Assembly (NCBI GenBank): GCA_002410925.1
Contig: DHPR01000029.1
Span: forward strand, 62,001-92,339
DNA from: a bacterium UBP13_UBA5359
GTDB lineage: Bacteria; UBP13; UBA5359
DNA: 30,339 nt
Direction: 5' to 3'
A program made the position numbers and the translations under genes. The notes under the pieces were generated by a model that saw nothing but the letters and a program-made list of their open reading frames with translations, was not told the origin of the DNA and did no database searches. Position 1 is the first letter of the stretch. Each line of letters opens with the position of its first letter. Shown here in pieces: positions 28,314 through 30,339 of this stretch.

Positions 28314-30339
28314 ATAGGTAGTATCGGAACTGGTGCTGTGCGCGTGCGCAGCTAAAGGCCGGCGCAGTTTCAATTCCTTATAGGTAGTATCGGAACGGGA
28401 TAGAGGATATCATAGCTGCCGCACAGGACGAGTTTCAATTCCTTATAGGTAGTATCGGAACAAACAAGGACTGGGGCGATACCTATCACGATTGGGAGTT
28501 TCAATTCCTTATAGGTAGTATCGGAACCGGCAGGCCTTTTTGCGGGCTTAGCCCGCCATGCCCGGTTTCAATTCCTTATAGGTAGTATCGGAACTGAATG
28601 CACAGCCAACAGCCTGAAAGAGGCTGTTGAGGTTTCAATTCCTTATAGGTAGTATCGGAACAACCTTGCAGAAGCAAACCTTGCAGATGCTTACCTGGTT
28701 TCAATTCCTTATAGGTAGTATCGGAACCTAACAAGCGCATACATTCAGCTTGATTTCATTCTGAAGTTTCAATTCCTTATAGGTAGTATCGGAACTCGGC
28801 CATCATTTGCCTTGTCATACGACCATATTCAGTTTCAATTCCTTATAGGTAGTATCGGAACTGAAGGCAGCGGAAGCAGACATAAAGTCCATATTTGAGT
28901 TTCAATTCCTTATAGGTAGTATCGGAACGTATTCGCACATGAGGAGGAAAGATCATGACAGGAAAGTTTCAATTCCTTATAGGTAGTATCGGAACCCGCG
29001 CGTAACCTCTCACACCGTCAGCGAGAGAGCCAGTTTCAATTCCTTATAGGTAGTATCGGAACGGAAGGACGGGCAGCGTAAAACTATCAGCGAAGTAGGT
29101 TTCAATTCCTTATAGGTAGTATCGGAACCTGAAAAAGATTGCCATGATATGCGGAGAGGAAGCCAGTTTCAATTCCTTATAGGTAGTATCGGAACTATCA
29201 GACCTATGAAATTACCGATGTTTACGAAGTCGTTTCAATTCCTTATAGGTAGTATCGGAACACAGAGCCAGAACGATTGCAGCTATATCAGCACTCGTTG
29301 TTTCAATTCCTTATAGGTAGTATCGGAACGCCAATCCGCTTGGCTTGTATGTTCTGAAATCGTTCTGGTTTCAATTCCTTATAGGTAGTATCGGAACCGC
29401 TATCTGCAATATCGCCATCAGCAGTTCTTGTTACGTTTCAATTCCTTATAGGTANNNNNNNNNNNNNNNNNNNNNNNNNNNNNNNNNNNNNNNNNNNNNN
29501 NNNNNNNNNNNNNNNNNNNNNNNNNNNNNNNNNNNNNNNNNNNNNNNNNNNNNNNNNNNNNNNNNNNNNNNNNNNNNNNNNNNNNNNNNNNNNNNNNNNN
29601 TCCTTATAGGTAGTATCGGAACTGTATAAGCCCATAGGCTTCACGGATGATGGGGTTTGTTTCAATTCCTTATAGGTAGTATCGGAACACATTTGCTGGA
29701 TGGCGTCGGCCGATATTGTAGGCAGTTTCAATTCCTTATAGGTAGTATCGGAACGGTTCAGCGCAAAGGACAAGACCCCTTTGAATTCAAGTTTCAATTC
29801 CTTATAGGTAGTATCGGAACGGCGTTGGAACGATTGAACGCATGATGGGGGTGAACGTTTCAATTCCTTATAGGTAGTATCGGAACGCAAGATGAAAGGT
29901 TCATTCAGTGTGGGGGTTGATGGTTTCAATTCCTTATAGGTAGTATCGGAACGGAAACCAAAGACCGAACAGCCTTTGACGAATACGGGTTTCAATTCCT
30001 TATAGGTAGTATCGGAACTTTCTGCACCGAAGAACACAAAATCAGGTTCTTTGACGTTTCAATTCCTTATAGGTAGTATCGGAACGGTGGTGGCTGATGG
30101 TGATGTAAGAACCTTATCCTTGTTTCAATTCCTTATAGGTAGTATCGGAACAAGCCACAAGCGCATTCATCGAATCGGACAGAAGAAGTTTCAATTCCTT
30201 ATAGGTAGTATCGGAACGCAATGCCCATACAAGTACAAAATGCGATACATTGAGTTTCAATTCCTTATAGGTAGTATCGGAACCGGTGATACAGGTACTT
30301 TTGAGGATGTTCCACATGGGTTTCAATTCCTTATAGGTA
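28314..30339 (-). CRISPR. CRISPR array, 30-bp repeat GTTCCGATACTACCTATAAGGAATTGAAAC; trailer end at left, continues beyond the window
   Basis: 30 visible repeat copies (one truncated terminal copy, three cut by the N gap or the window edge) and 28 readable spacers of 35-38 nt. The ATTGAAAC 3' end and the degenerate left copy give minus orientation. Repeat style fits Cas6-processed type I-B/III arrays; no cas genes are in the window. Confidence 0.98.
29455..29600. other. Assembly gap (146 N) inside the CRISPR array
   Basis: Run of N flanked by partial repeats. Confidence 1.

Noticed and set aside
28314-28330. Truncated CRISPR repeat as the insertion site of the element
   Set aside because: The missing half (GTTTCAATTCCTT) was not seen at the element's left end, and the right junction is about 210 bp away. 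It is an ordinary degenerate trailer repeat.
28331-30319. Spacers targeting the adjacent element or host genes
   Set aside because: No match noticed by eye. An exhaustive alignment was not possible, so nothing is claimed.
28331-30319. Strict spacer strand bias implying RNA targeting
   Set aside because: Plausible reading frames occur in both orientations among the spacers, and the subtype cannot be assigned without cas genes.
29345-30326. ORFs with repeating SDTTYKELK / FQFLIGSIGT
   Set aside because: These are translations of CRISPR repeats.

Overview
The window has three parts. (1) 1-13.6 kb is host DNA. It holds a minus-strand catabolic operon: GntR/LacI-hybrid regulator, DUF1559 prepilin-type protein, two large glycoside-hydrolase-like proteins, an FG-GAP protein, an M55 peptidase and a broken EamA transporter. 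A SorE-like Zn-dehydrogenase, small hypotheticals and a DUF2267 gene follow. (2) 13675-28100 is a ~14.4-kb integrated element whose ends can be read to the base: symmetric inverted arms around a TT crossover, inserted into an intrinsic terminator. Its leftward operon is Xre, DinD, Type III Mod, Res and an uncharacterised PD-(D/E)XK nuclease. Its rightward module is primase-helicase, ori-like inverted repeat, two small ORFs, cos-like site, a lone N-terminally shortened HK97-fold capsid, TnpW and a large serine recombinase. There is no terminase, portal, protease or tail gene. I infer a cos-type phage satellite that uses a serine recombinase and carries defence cargo, with an unusual array of promoter-like motifs ahead of the primase. 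(3) 28.1-30.3 kb is the trailer end of a minus-strand CRISPR array (30-bp repeat, 28 readable spacers), with an unannotated 59-aa ORF whose RBS abuts the degenerate last repeat. All family calls come from motif recognition by eye; no searches were run.
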